DNA from: an uncultured bacterium
GTDB lineage: Bacteria; Babelota; Babeliae; Babelales; Babelaceae
Length of the DNA: 64,000 nt
Direction: 5' to 3'
NCBI GenBank assembly: GCA_963846705.1
Contig: CAWJWZ010000001.1
Coordinates: 73,922-137,921, forward strand
The notes beneath the pieces were generated by a model. The model saw only the letters and a program-made list of their open reading frames with translations. It was not told the DNA's origin and did no database searches. Both the position numbers and the translations under genes were made by a program. Below are positions 9,430 to 18,659 of this stretch, one piece after another. Numbering within the stretch: position 1 is the stretch's first letter; each line of letters opens with the position of its first letter.

Positions 9430-10560
9430 ATGACCTCCTTTAGCTTTGAAATTATACATACATCTTCTAAATCACGTGCACGCGTTGGACGAATATATAC
9501 CCCTCATGGGATTATTGATACTCCTAACTTTGTAGCTGTTGGCACCAACGGTACACTAAAAGCTCTTGATAATCAAACTACGAGCGAACTTGGTGTGCAG
9601 CTTATGTTCTGTAACACGTATCACTTGCTCGTACAACCCGGTACTGAAATTATTAAAAAAGCAGGTGGTCTACATACGTTTATACAACGACAACAACCAA
9701 TTATTACCGATTCTGGTGGTTTTCAGGTTTTTAGTCTTGCCTATGGCGGTATTACGGAAGAATTAAAAAGCAAGGGTCAAAAAAAGCATACTAGTACGGT
9801 GGTAAAAATTACCGAAGAGGGAGTGCTGTTCAGGTCGTATCGTGATGGCTCTCTTATTGCACTTACTCCCGAATCATCAATTCAGGCGCAAAAAAATTTT
9901 GGTGCTGATATTATTATCCCGCTTGATGAACTTCCTCCCTATCATATTACTCATGAACAGCTTAAAAAATCGGTTGAGCGTACTCATAGGTGGGAAAAAC
10001 GGTCACTTGATGAACACCTTAAAAATACTAATAACCAAGCAATATATGGCGTTATTCATGGCGGTACCGATAAAGATTTACGCCTACAAAGTTGTACCTA
10101 TTTACGTAACTTACCGTTTGATGGGCTAGCTATCGGTGGCAGTTTAGGTAAAAATAGACATGAAATGCTTGATGTATTACGATTTCTTATGCCTCTTTTA
10201 CCAACAGATAAACCAAATCATCTTTTAGGCATAGGAGACTTACTCTCAGTTAATGAATTTCTTACACTTGGTATAGATACATTTGATAGTTCGCACCCAA
10301 CACGATGTGCTCGTCATGGTCTTTTATTTACTACGCAAGGTTGTGTTAAGATTATACAAGGTGCCAATAAAACATCACTTGAGCCTATTGACCCCGAATG
10401 CTCATGCACCGTATGTCGTCATTATACTCGTGCTTATATACATCATCTTTTTAAGGCACATGAAATTACTGCGTATATACTTGCCACCATACACAACGTT
10501 CATTTTATGATACACTACATGCGGCAATACCGTAATGCTATTTTAGAGGATAGGGTCTAG
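9430..10560 (+). CDS. tgt: Queuine/preQ1 tRNA-ribosyltransferase
   Basis: 376 aa. Catalytic region LMFCNTYHL...DSGGFQVFSL...LGIGD. Zn-binding site CSCTVCRHYTRAYIHHL. Confidence 0.9.
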   Translation: MTSFSFEIIHTSSKSRARVGRIYTPHGIIDTPNFVAVGTNGTLKALDNQTTSELGVQLMFCNTYHLLVQPGTEIIKKAGGLHTFIQRQQPIITDSGGFQVFSLAYGGITEELKSKGQKKHTSTVVKITEEGVLFRSYRDGSLIALTPESSIQAQKNFGADIIIPLDELPPYHITHEQLKKSVERTHRWEKRSLDEHLKNTNNQAIYGVIHGGTDKDLRLQSCTYLRNLPFDGLAIGGSLGKNRHEMLDVLRFLMPLLPTDKPNHLLGIGDLLSVNEFLTLGIDTFDSSHPTRCARHGLLFTTQGCVKIIQGANKTSLEPIDPECSCTVCRHYTRAYIHHLFKAHEITAYILATIHNVHFMIHYMRQYRNAILEDRV

Positions 10561-10565
10561 CGTAT

Positions 10566-11351
10566 ATGAATACTATTACATCCCCTTATAATCCTGAGAT
10601 CAAAACAGTAGTACAGCTTCATGATGCAACAGAGCGCAAAAAACAAAACAAATGTATTGTAGAAGGGTCACGTGCCATTAGTACTTTTATAACACATAAC
10701 CATAAACTTATTGTGTTATACTCTACTGAAAAAATGCTTACTCATGCTCGTAAACTCATACCGTACCGGCACCAACAAGAACAATGCATTAAGCTTGTCT
10801 CTGATCGTGTTATGCATAAAATAGCATCTACCGTAAGCCCAAGCGGATTACTTGCCGTCTTTGAAATACCAGCTGCTCTAAAAGCTGAATTTGTACCCGT
10901 TACTCTCGTTCTTGCTCAAATTAACGATCCCGGTAATATGGGTACGCTTATACGCACTGCAGCCGCGCTTACTATAAAAACAGTTATTATTATCGAAGGA
11001 GCTGACCCTTGGAGTCCTAAAGTTATTGCAGCAAGCGCTGGCACTATAGCAGCTGTTACGGTGTTACAATTAAACTGGCAAAAGCTTATGCTTTTAAGCA
11101 AGCAACATAAACTACAACTTTGTGCCCTTACACCGCGTGGTGGTAAGTTACCACAAGAGCTTATAGTAAATCGTACTGCTTTAGTTGTTGGTAATGAAGC
11201 GCATGGACTCCCTCCTGCATGGGAACAAGACTGTCATGAACGCTTTACTTTACCAATGCCCGGAGGAATTGAAAGCTTAAACGCTGCAGTTTCAGGATCC
11301 ATTGCACTCTATCTATCAATAATGCCGTCTCTATGTACTACTAACCATTAA
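10566..11351 (+). CDS. SPOUT-class RNA 2'-O-methyltransferase (TrmH/RlmB family)
   Basis: 261 aa. N-terminal substrate-binding region, then SpoU motifs LVLAQINDPGNMGTLIRTAAAL and LVVGNEAHGL...ESLNAAVSGSIALY. Confidence 0.75.
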   Translation: MNTITSPYNPEIKTVVQLHDATERKKQNKCIVEGSRAISTFITHNHKLIVLYSTEKMLTHARKLIPYRHQQEQCIKLVSDRVMHKIASTVSPSGLLAVFEIPAALKAEFVPVTLVLAQINDPGNMGTLIRTAAALTIKTVIIIEGADPWSPKVIAASAGTIAAVTVLQLNWQKLMLLSKQHKLQLCALTPRGGKLPQELIVNRTALVVGNEAHGLPPAWEQDCHERFTLPMPGGIESLNAAVSGSIALYLSIMPSLCTTNH

Positions 11352-11367
11352 TATAGTTGTTACTCTT

Positions 11368-12675
11368 ATGACTCATGCTCCTCAACTTTCACTGCTTGCA
11401 GCAATTTTAATTAATATTAATATCATGCTTGGTTCTGGTATTTTTATTAATACCGTGCTATTGGCACGCAATGGGGGTGACAAAGGCGCATTTGCGTATG
11501 TACTTGTAGGCATACTAGTGCTTCCGCTTATACTTGCTATAACACAGCTACTCAAGTATCACCGTGGCGGCACCTTTTACGAGTTTGCACATCCTATTCA
11601 TCCCTATGCAGGTTTTATAAGCACTTGGATTTACTTTACCACAAAAATAGCGTCTGCAACGCTGGCTATCCATGTATGTATTTCTCTTTTGCAGCAAATT
11701 TTTCCCTATTTAAACAATTATACTACTATAACGCTTGACTGCTGTGTTATTACACTATTTATGCTGTTAAATATGCTTAATTTAAAAATAGGCACGAGTA
11801 TTCAATATTCTTTTATTGCTCTTAAACTGATGCCTATTCTTTTTGTAATACTCAGCGGTATAGTACTCTATAATAGTTCTTTTATATCAGTTGATACCAT
11901 TGCGTGGTCCAATATTTTACCAACTATACCATTTGCTCTCTATGGGTTTACCGGCTTTGAAGCTACCTGTTCTTTAAGCAGACGATTAAAAAATCCAGAA
12001 AAAAATGGTCCCCGTGCTATTTTAATTTCTTTTTTTCTGGTCATTACTATTGCTACACTGTTCCAACTTGCTTTTTTTAGTAATCTAGGACCATTACTGA
12101 GTAAACTTGAAAGCTATCGTCAAGCTTTTCCTCTTTTGCTCAATAAATTATATACTGCACAGTCTACTAGCAAAAACATTCTTTTAGCATTGCTTAATAT
12201 CGGTATCGCGTCTTCATCGCTTGGTGCTGCATATGGTATCATGTTTAGTAATAGCTGGAACCTTTTTGTATTAGCAAGCAATAACTATATACTCGCTGCT
12301 CCTAAGTTTACGTATCTTAATAGATATCACATGCCCATTATTTGCATTATAGCTGAAGCAGCATTAGCGTATACCTATATACTTATTACTCGTGGTAATC
12401 AAATACCACTGCAGCAACTTGTATCGCTTGGATCAACTATTGCGTATACACTAAGTATGATAGGACTTATTGTATTTATATATCGCACACAAAAACGTAT
12501 TACTTGGCTTGGTATACTTGGTACTATGAGCTCTTGCATATTGCTTGGAGCAGCACTTTATAATTTTTATATGTTTGGCACTGCCTCTCTTCTAGGCTTT
12601 ATAGTATTAGTACTTTTTGGCACAAGCATATTTTATTATAAATACTATAATCGCTCTACATTACGAGCTCTATAA
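11368..12675 (+). CDS. APC-superfamily amino-acid permease
   Basis: 435 aa. About 12 predicted TM helices. N-terminal LLAAILININIMLGSGIF motif typical of amino-acid permeases. Confidence 0.65.
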   Translation: MTHAPQLSLLAAILININIMLGSGIFINTVLLARNGGDKGAFAYVLVGILVLPLILAITQLLKYHRGGTFYEFAHPIHPYAGFISTWIYFTTKIASATLAIHVCISLLQQIFPYLNNYTTITLDCCVITLFMLLNMLNLKIGTSIQYSFIALKLMPILFVILSGIVLYNSSFISVDTIAWSNILPTIPFALYGFTGFEATCSLSRRLKNPEKNGPRAILISFFLVITIATLFQLAFFSNLGPLLSKLESYRQAFPLLLNKLYTAQSTSKNILLALLNIGIASSSLGAAYGIMFSNSWNLFVLASNNYILAAPKFTYLNRYHMPIICIIAEAALAYTYILITRGNQIPLQQLVSLGSTIAYTLSMIGLIVFIYRTQKRITWLGILGTMSSCILLGAALYNFYMFGTASLLGFIVLVLFGTSIFYYKYYNRSTLRAL

Positions 12676-12796
12676 ACACATAACTACGTAAAAACACTTT
12701 TCTTATAGGGCATTTTACAAAAATACATACCATATCATACTAATATAATATAAAAAACAGATTATTTTATAGTATTAACTAAATACATTAGTACAA

Positions 12797-14896
12797 ATGG
12801 TAAGGATTATCTTTATGTTTTTACGTATTTTTCTTGGTCTAAGCAGTACGCTCGCTATGAGCGGCATGCTTATGGCAATGCAAATAACTACTTATCCTAC
12901 TCACTCTGTTTATTTAGCTCGTCAAGCTCAATGTGCAGCATTAAGCCATGCGTTACCTCGTACGCAACTAGCAATTAACTTATCTAAAATCTTTAAACAA
13001 GATATATCAGATAAACTTATAGCTTTAGCTAATCAACGTAAAGCTACTACTGACGTAGATGTTGCAAAACGCATCTTACTACTTGCTCATAATACTCCAT
13101 TCTCATTAACTAAAACTAATAGAGATGCTGAATTACTGTCTAGCCAAACATCTATATTTCAACAAGTATCAGCAAATAGCAACTTAGAAATACCTACACT
13201 AGAAACTCCGGAGCAAACTGAATTATTTCTAGAATGTCTTGAGAATCAAGCAGATCTCACGCACAATGACAGTAAAGTAATAGCAGAACGTTTACACGAA
13301 TACACATTACCTGATCTTTGTGCTATAGCTAAAACATATAACTCTCTTGATATGCATACTATTCAAACTAATAGTGCTCTATTAGAACCTCTTATACAAG
13401 CTCTTGCTCATAAGCTTATTAATACCAATATACAAGAACAGATGCAGTATCAAGAGCTTACTACTACACTATCGCCTACTATACAAAGTATGCTCGTACG
13501 TGAAACACTTAAGCAAAGTGGCTTATATACTATGTTACATAGTAATAATAATAGTAATCGTACTATGATATCCTGTGCTGTGCATGAACGACCAAATCAA
13601 AGCACATCAGCATTATCCTGGACACCTGCCGGATATCATCTTGCATATAATAAAAAAGATATTAGTGTGCAAGCAAATGATACCCTTTATATATGGGATA
13701 GCATAACACAGCAACATATATATAGAGCAAACAAACAACAAGATATCATAAAGTCACTAGAATGGTCATCTAATGGTACATATCTTGCTGTTAAATGGGA
13801 TCACAGTGGAGAGATAGGGATTTGGGATACTATACACAAAGAATATCGTACTTTTTTGAAAAAAGAAGATTATACCGGTTTTATTTTATTAGATATCCAC
13901 TGGTTACCAAATAGTAACTATATTATAGGTAATTTTGATGATGGCTTTGTAAGAGTATGGGATATAGAAAATAGCAGGTGTATACGTGAGATTCAAGTAG
14001 CTGAAAATAAACAAACAAGTCTAAGCTCAGTAATAAGCTGCTCCCCTAATGGTAAATACATAGCGCATATATATGACAAAGGTACTAATAGTCGTTCTCA
14101 TAAGACCATAAAAATATTGTACAGCAATACATTGGCTACTAAAACTGAGTTTCAACTTGAATTAAAATGGAAGGATAATTTTAACAAACTCGCTTGGTCA
14201 CCTGATGCTACTCGTATTGCATATAGATCTGGATCTACTGTAAAAATTTTAGATATTACTACTCAGCAATGCATTACTTTACCTGGATTACCTGAAAAAG
14301 ACATTGAGATGGTTTGGTCAATCTCATGGTCACCCGATGGCAAATGTATAGCAATTGGCCATGATTATACTATTAACATATGGAATACAGACACCAATAC
14401 ATATACTGGTACTATATTTCAACGTAAGGTATCAGATAATACTCTTGTTACTACATATCGACCAAATGATCAGCTAGAATATATGCATGATTTGCTTAAT
14501 AGAACTACTGAAAAAACAACTTGTCCAGTGTATTACATAAGCTGGTCACCTGATGGTAAATATATAGGAGCAAGTTATGGAAATGAAGTTGCAGGAAGAC
14601 CACAAGGTATTCAAGGAACATATGTATGGCAATGGCTAGATCCTGCTTTTGATACACTTTTAGAAGAAAAGCTAACGCTCAATTCTATTTTACCAGTTAT
14701 ACATAAACTAAATATACATGAGCTTAGTAACACACAGGCTCTTGGAATTCTGCATACTCAGCTTGGTCAATGTACAAATACAGTAAATACTCCAAAGCTC
14801 AATACTACACAAGCGAGTACTCAACTTAGTAAATCTTTTATATATACCGCCTTAGGTAAGATAGGCACTATTTTACGTAGATTCTATACTAAGTAA
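12797..14896 (+). CDS. Signal-peptide WD40-repeat (beta-propeller) protein, eukaryote-like
   Basis: 699 aa. N-terminal hydrophobic leader. Multiple WD-type repeats (LAVKWDHSGEIGIWDT, DGFVRVWDIENS, SISWSPDGKCIAIGHDYTINIWNTD, YISWSPDGKYIGASYG). Confidence 0.75.
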   Translation: MVRIIFMFLRIFLGLSSTLAMSGMLMAMQITTYPTHSVYLARQAQCAALSHALPRTQLAINLSKIFKQDISDKLIALANQRKATTDVDVAKRILLLAHNTPFSLTKTNRDAELLSSQTSIFQQVSANSNLEIPTLETPEQTELFLECLENQADLTHNDSKVIAERLHEYTLPDLCAIAKTYNSLDMHTIQTNSALLEPLIQALAHKLINTNIQEQMQYQELTTTLSPTIQSMLVRETLKQSGLYTMLHSNNNSNRTMISCAVHERPNQSTSALSWTPAGYHLAYNKKDISVQANDTLYIWDSITQQHIYRANKQQDIIKSLEWSSNGTYLAVKWDHSGEIGIWDTIHKEYRTFLKKEDYTGFILLDIHWLPNSNYIIGNFDDGFVRVWDIENSRCIREIQVAENKQTSLSSVISCSPNGKYIAHIYDKGTNSRSHKTIKILYSNTLATKTEFQLELKWKDNFNKLAWSPDATRIAYRSGSTVKILDITTQQCITLPGLPEKDIEMVWSISWSPDGKCIAIGHDYTINIWNTDTNTYTGTIFQRKVSDNTLVTTYRPNDQLEYMHDLLNRTTEKTTCPVYYISWSPDGKYIGASYGNEVAGRPQGIQGTYVWQWLDPAFDTLLEEKLTLNSILPVIHKLNIHELSNTQALGILHTQLGQCTNTVNTPKLNTTQASTQLSKSFIYTALGKIGTILRRFYTK

Positions 14897-14920
14897 TTAT
14901 TAGTATATATTAGTACTGTG

Positions 14921-15985
14921 CTAACGAATCTTAAGTGTTAAAAGCGCAAGAAGGCACAGTACTAACGATATAATGCCAAAGCGCATCGTAATTTTAGCTT
15001 CAGGCCAGCCTAAAAGTTCAAAATGATGATGTATTGGTGCCATCTTAAAAATACGCCGTTTAAAATAACGATAAGCACATACTTGCATAATAACAGAGAC
15101 AGTTTCAAGAACAAAAAGTCCACCAGAAATAGGTAATATAAGCTCTTGTCGTGATAAAAGTGCAATAAATCCAAGACCGGCACCAAGCGCTAATGATCCT
15201 ACATCACCCATAAAAATTTGCGCAGGATAAGCATTGTACCATAAAAATCCTAAAGATGCCCCTACTAGCGCTGCTGCGACTATAGTAATTTCTGCGGTGC
15301 CAGCATAGGGAATAGCAAGATACCGTGCCAAACCAACATGGCCGGCAACATAACAAATAAGCGCAAACGTCACAAAATTAGAGATTAATGACCCAATAGC
15401 AAGACCATCAAGTCCATCGGTTAAATTAACGGCGTTGCTCGTAGCAACTAAGATAAAAACTGCCCAGGGTATAAAAAACCATCCAATATAGGGATTAACG
15501 TTTTTAAAAAACGGTATAGTAAGTGTTAAACTTGGAGTATTATAAAAAAACCATATCAATACAATAATAAGCGCAGAAACTAGTTGTGCACGCATTTTTT
15601 TAGATTCAGAAATACCTTTTTTATAGCGAATTTTATACCAATCATCCCAAAAGCCTATAGCACCAAAGAGCACTAAAGAAAGCAAAAGAAGCCATATAGA
15701 AATCTTAGTAAGATTACACCATAAGAGCGTAGTAATAATAACTGACAATAAAATAAATATACCGCCCATTGTAGGCATGGTGCCCTTAAGCTTGTGAGAA
15801 TCAGGAGCATATTCACGCGTGGTGGTATTAAATACACGACGTGATGTACGAATAAACCATGGCCCTAATAAAAGCGAAAGCATAAGCGCTGTGAGCAAAG
15901 CAGCAATAGCACGAAAACTTACATAATGAACAATATTGAGCAAAGACCAGTAGGAATGTAAATAATAAGCAAGATGATACAGCAT
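14921..15985 (-). CDS. mraY: Phospho-N-acetylmuramoyl-pentapeptide transferase
   Basis: 354 aa, 10 TM helices. MraY motifs TMGGIFIL, AIGFWDDWYKI, NAVNLTDGLDGLA and APIHHHFEL. Confidence 0.9.
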   Translation of the reverse strand: MLYHLAYYLHSYWSLLNIVHYVSFRAIAALLTALMLSLLLGPWFIRTSRRVFNTTTREYAPDSHKLKGTMPTMGGIFILLSVIITTLLWCNLTKISIWLLLLSLVLFGAIGFWDDWYKIRYKKGISESKKMRAQLVSALIIVLIWFFYNTPSLTLTIPFFKNVNPYIGWFFIPWAVFILVATSNAVNLTDGLDGLAIGSLISNFVTFALICYVAGHVGLARYLAIPYAGTAEITIVAAALVGASLGFLWYNAYPAQIFMGDVGSLALGAGLGFIALLSRQELILPISGGLFVLETVSVIMQVCAYRYFKRRIFKMAPIHHHFELLGWPEAKITMRFGIISLVLCLLALLTLKIR

Positions 15986-16199
15986 ATACGTACACGAAAG
16001 TTTATAGAAATATAATATAGTTTACGAGGCTATTTTATCACGCCTTTCATCCTTTTGACAGAAAAGAGTAAATAGCTACGCTATAAAGGTATTATAATAC
16101 TAGAAAAAAAACATTAATTATATACTGTGTTCAATCAAAGTAAATTATATATCTTTAATTATATTTACATTAATATACTACTAGGAAAGTGATACTTCT

Positions 16200-16574
16200 A
16201 TGAACAACAACTTAAAGCTTTTTATTGTTTTTTTACTCTGTAGCATGTTTTCAGGAATGCATGCCAATGGAGCAGTCGAACAAGAACTTTCTCAAATTTT
16301 ACGTCGTTTTCTTGGTGTGTCTGAAACCTATGAGGTAAAACCATGGACAAGCTGGATTGATGATATTAAAGCAGTACTTGCTAAAAATTTAAATTATTAT
16401 AAAGACTTGCATGCTAAACTTGAACGCATGAAAAAGTACACATTCGCTACCGGAGTAGCTTCGGGATTGGAAAATTTTAAAGATAAGCTTCCGCAAGATA
16501 TTATTCAACTTAAAAATTCTATGACTAAAAATCAAGTTATTGCCATTATTGACAAGCGTATGAAAGGGCAATAA
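16200..16574 (+). CDS. Small exported protein, unknown function
   Basis: 124 aa. Signal peptide LFIVFLLCSMFSGMHANGA. Followed by a hairpin at 16606-16629. Confidence 0.5.
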   Translation: MNNNLKLFIVFLLCSMFSGMHANGAVEQELSQILRRFLGVSETYEVKPWTSWIDDIKAVLAKNLNYYKDLHAKLERMKKYTFATGVASGLENFKDKLPQDIIQLKNSMTKNQVIAIIDKRMKGQ

Positions 16575-16605
16575 GCCTAATACAGGGAAATGGAGCTTAT
16601 ATATA

Positions 16606-16636
16606 AAAGCATATTTGCTAATATGCTTTATTTCAG
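16606..16636 (+). terminator. Candidate rho-independent terminator after the 16200-16574 gene
   Basis: Stem aaaagcata (16606-16614) pairs with tatgctttt-like segment 16621-16629 (9/10 bp), loop ttgcta, followed by the T-rich stretch atttcag. Confidence 0.4.
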
Positions 16637-16693
16637 TATACTATTCTTAGAGTTATTAATAACTTTAAGAATTTTAATTTTCAGGACTTAGTA

Positions 16694-18511
16694 GTGCACA
16701 CACATTTTGATGTTATTGTAGTAGGCGGGGGTCATGCTGGTATAGAAGCTGCATATGCAGCTGCACGTCTTGGCTCACGTACTCTAATGATTACTCTCCA
16801 TCTTGATCGTATTGGACTCATGCCATGCAATCCTGCAATTGGAGGCATTGGTAAAGGTCATATTGTATTTGAGATTAGTGCTCTTGGTGGTTTAATGCCA
16901 CAACTCTGTACGCAGACATATTTGCAAGCACGTATGCTCAATACGCGTAAGGGTCCTGCGGTACATGGCTTGCGCTTACAAATTGATAAGCATGCGTATA
17001 ATAAACTCAGTAAGCAAATGCTTGAAAAAGTAGAAAATCTTACGCTGAGTATGGGCATGGTCGATGAATTACTGTTTAATGCAAAAAACGAACTTGCTGG
17101 GGTAAAAACGCGTGAAGGCGCAACCTATACAGCGCCTACCGTTGTACTTACAACAGGCACCTTTTTAAATGGGCTTATACACGTAGGACCTACTAATTAT
17201 CCAGCAGGACGCCAGGGAGAGGAATCAGTTAGTAAGCTTTCTCACTTTTTGTATAGCTTGGGACTTACTATGGGACGTCTTAAAACAGGAACTCCACCAC
17301 GGTTACTACGGTCGAGTTTAGACTTTTCAGTAATGGAACCCCAAGGATCAGATCAGCTTAATTACTTATTTGAGTTCTATCTTCATAGAGTAACGCACAA
17401 GTTAAACTGTTATATTACACACACAAACGAAACCACCCATGCAATTATACGAGATAATTTTGCATTATCACCTATTTTTACCGGTCACATTAAAGGCACA
17501 CCACCGCGCTACTGTCCCTCTATTGAAGATAAAATTTCACGCTTTGCAGATAAATCTTCACATCATGTATTTGTAGAACCAGAATCGGCAAGTAGTGAAG
17601 AAATGTACCCAAATGGGCTTTCTACGTCATTACCACTTCCTATTCAAGAACAATTTATACGTTCTATTAAGGGCTTTGAACAGGCAATTATAGCACGTCC
17701 TGGCTATGCGGTAGAATATGATTTTATAGCACCTCATCAGCTGCATCATAGTTTAGAACTTAAAAAAGTACCTGGCCTTTTTTTAGCAGGTCAAATTAAT
17801 GGCACCACAGGCTATGAAGAAGCCGCTGGTCAAGGCATTATAGCAGGTATTAATGCCCATCTTAAAGCACATAATAAGCCGCCATTTGTACTTGATCGTA
17901 ATGAAAGTTATATCGGTATAATGATCGATGATCTTGTTTCGCTGGGGGTTGATGAACCATACCGTATGTTTACTTCACGTGCAGAGCGACGTCTTCTATT
18001 GCGACAAGACAATGTATTTAGTCGTTTAAGCACAAAAGCATATAATTATGGGCTTATTAATCAAACATTATATAATGCAATTAAGCATGAAGAAGATATC
18101 GTAGTAGCTGCATTAACGCAGCTAAAGCAGCGTAAAGAACACACTGAGCTTTTTAAGTTATTAGGATCAGAACATATTGAAAAAATACTACAAAAAATAC
18201 GCAGCGATATAGCGCCAATTGCCCCTGAACTATCAGATCGTACGCTTGCTACTATACATGCAGAATTACTCTATGAGCCATACTTAAAACGCGAAGCAAA
18301 GGAAGTAGAAAAAGCACGAACGTATCAAAGCCTCAGTATACCTTCTGACTTTGATTTTTCTCATATTCCAGGTTTATCTATAGAGCTACAACAAAAACTC
18401 ACCAAACATAGACCACAAACTATCGCACAGGCAATGCTTATTTCAGGTATGACCCCTGCTGCTATTTCACTTCTTATTTTTAAGATTCGGGAACATACAA
18501 AAAAAAATTAA
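16694..18511 (+). CDS. mnmG: tRNA uridine-5-carboxymethylaminomethyl synthesis enzyme MnmG (GidA)
   Basis: 605 aa. GTG start. FAD site FDVIVVGGGHAGIEAA. Conserved GidA core throughout. Confidence 0.95.
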   Translation: MHTHFDVIVVGGGHAGIEAAYAAARLGSRTLMITLHLDRIGLMPCNPAIGGIGKGHIVFEISALGGLMPQLCTQTYLQARMLNTRKGPAVHGLRLQIDKHAYNKLSKQMLEKVENLTLSMGMVDELLFNAKNELAGVKTREGATYTAPTVVLTTGTFLNGLIHVGPTNYPAGRQGEESVSKLSHFLYSLGLTMGRLKTGTPPRLLRSSLDFSVMEPQGSDQLNYLFEFYLHRVTHKLNCYITHTNETTHAIIRDNFALSPIFTGHIKGTPPRYCPSIEDKISRFADKSSHHVFVEPESASSEEMYPNGLSTSLPLPIQEQFIRSIKGFEQAIIARPGYAVEYDFIAPHQLHHSLELKKVPGLFLAGQINGTTGYEEAAGQGIIAGINAHLKAHNKPPFVLDRNESYIGIMIDDLVSLGVDEPYRMFTSRAERRLLLRQDNVFSRLSTKAYNYGLINQTLYNAIKHEEDIVVAALTQLKQRKEHTELFKLLGSEHIEKILQKIRSDIAPIAPELSDRTLATIHAELLYEPYLKREAKEVEKARTYQSLSIPSDFDFSHIPGLSIELQQKLTKHRPQTIAQAMLISGMTPAAISLLIFKIREHTKKN

Positions 18512-18659
18512 TAGAATCGCAATAAGGCATGACTACACTAATATAAAAATATATACTAATACTTATTTATAAATTCTATATCAGTTAAGAGTTTATATAG
18601 ATTACACTAGTATTAATTTATATATTAGTAAATAATTACAATGTTATAGGGAGAGTACT

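Noticed and set aside
14908-14964. 11-bp inverted repeat (tagtactgtgc / gcacagtacta) spanning the mraY 3' end
   Set aside because: The loop is about 33 nt and one arm lies inside the mraY coding sequence. A weak terminator candidate at best.
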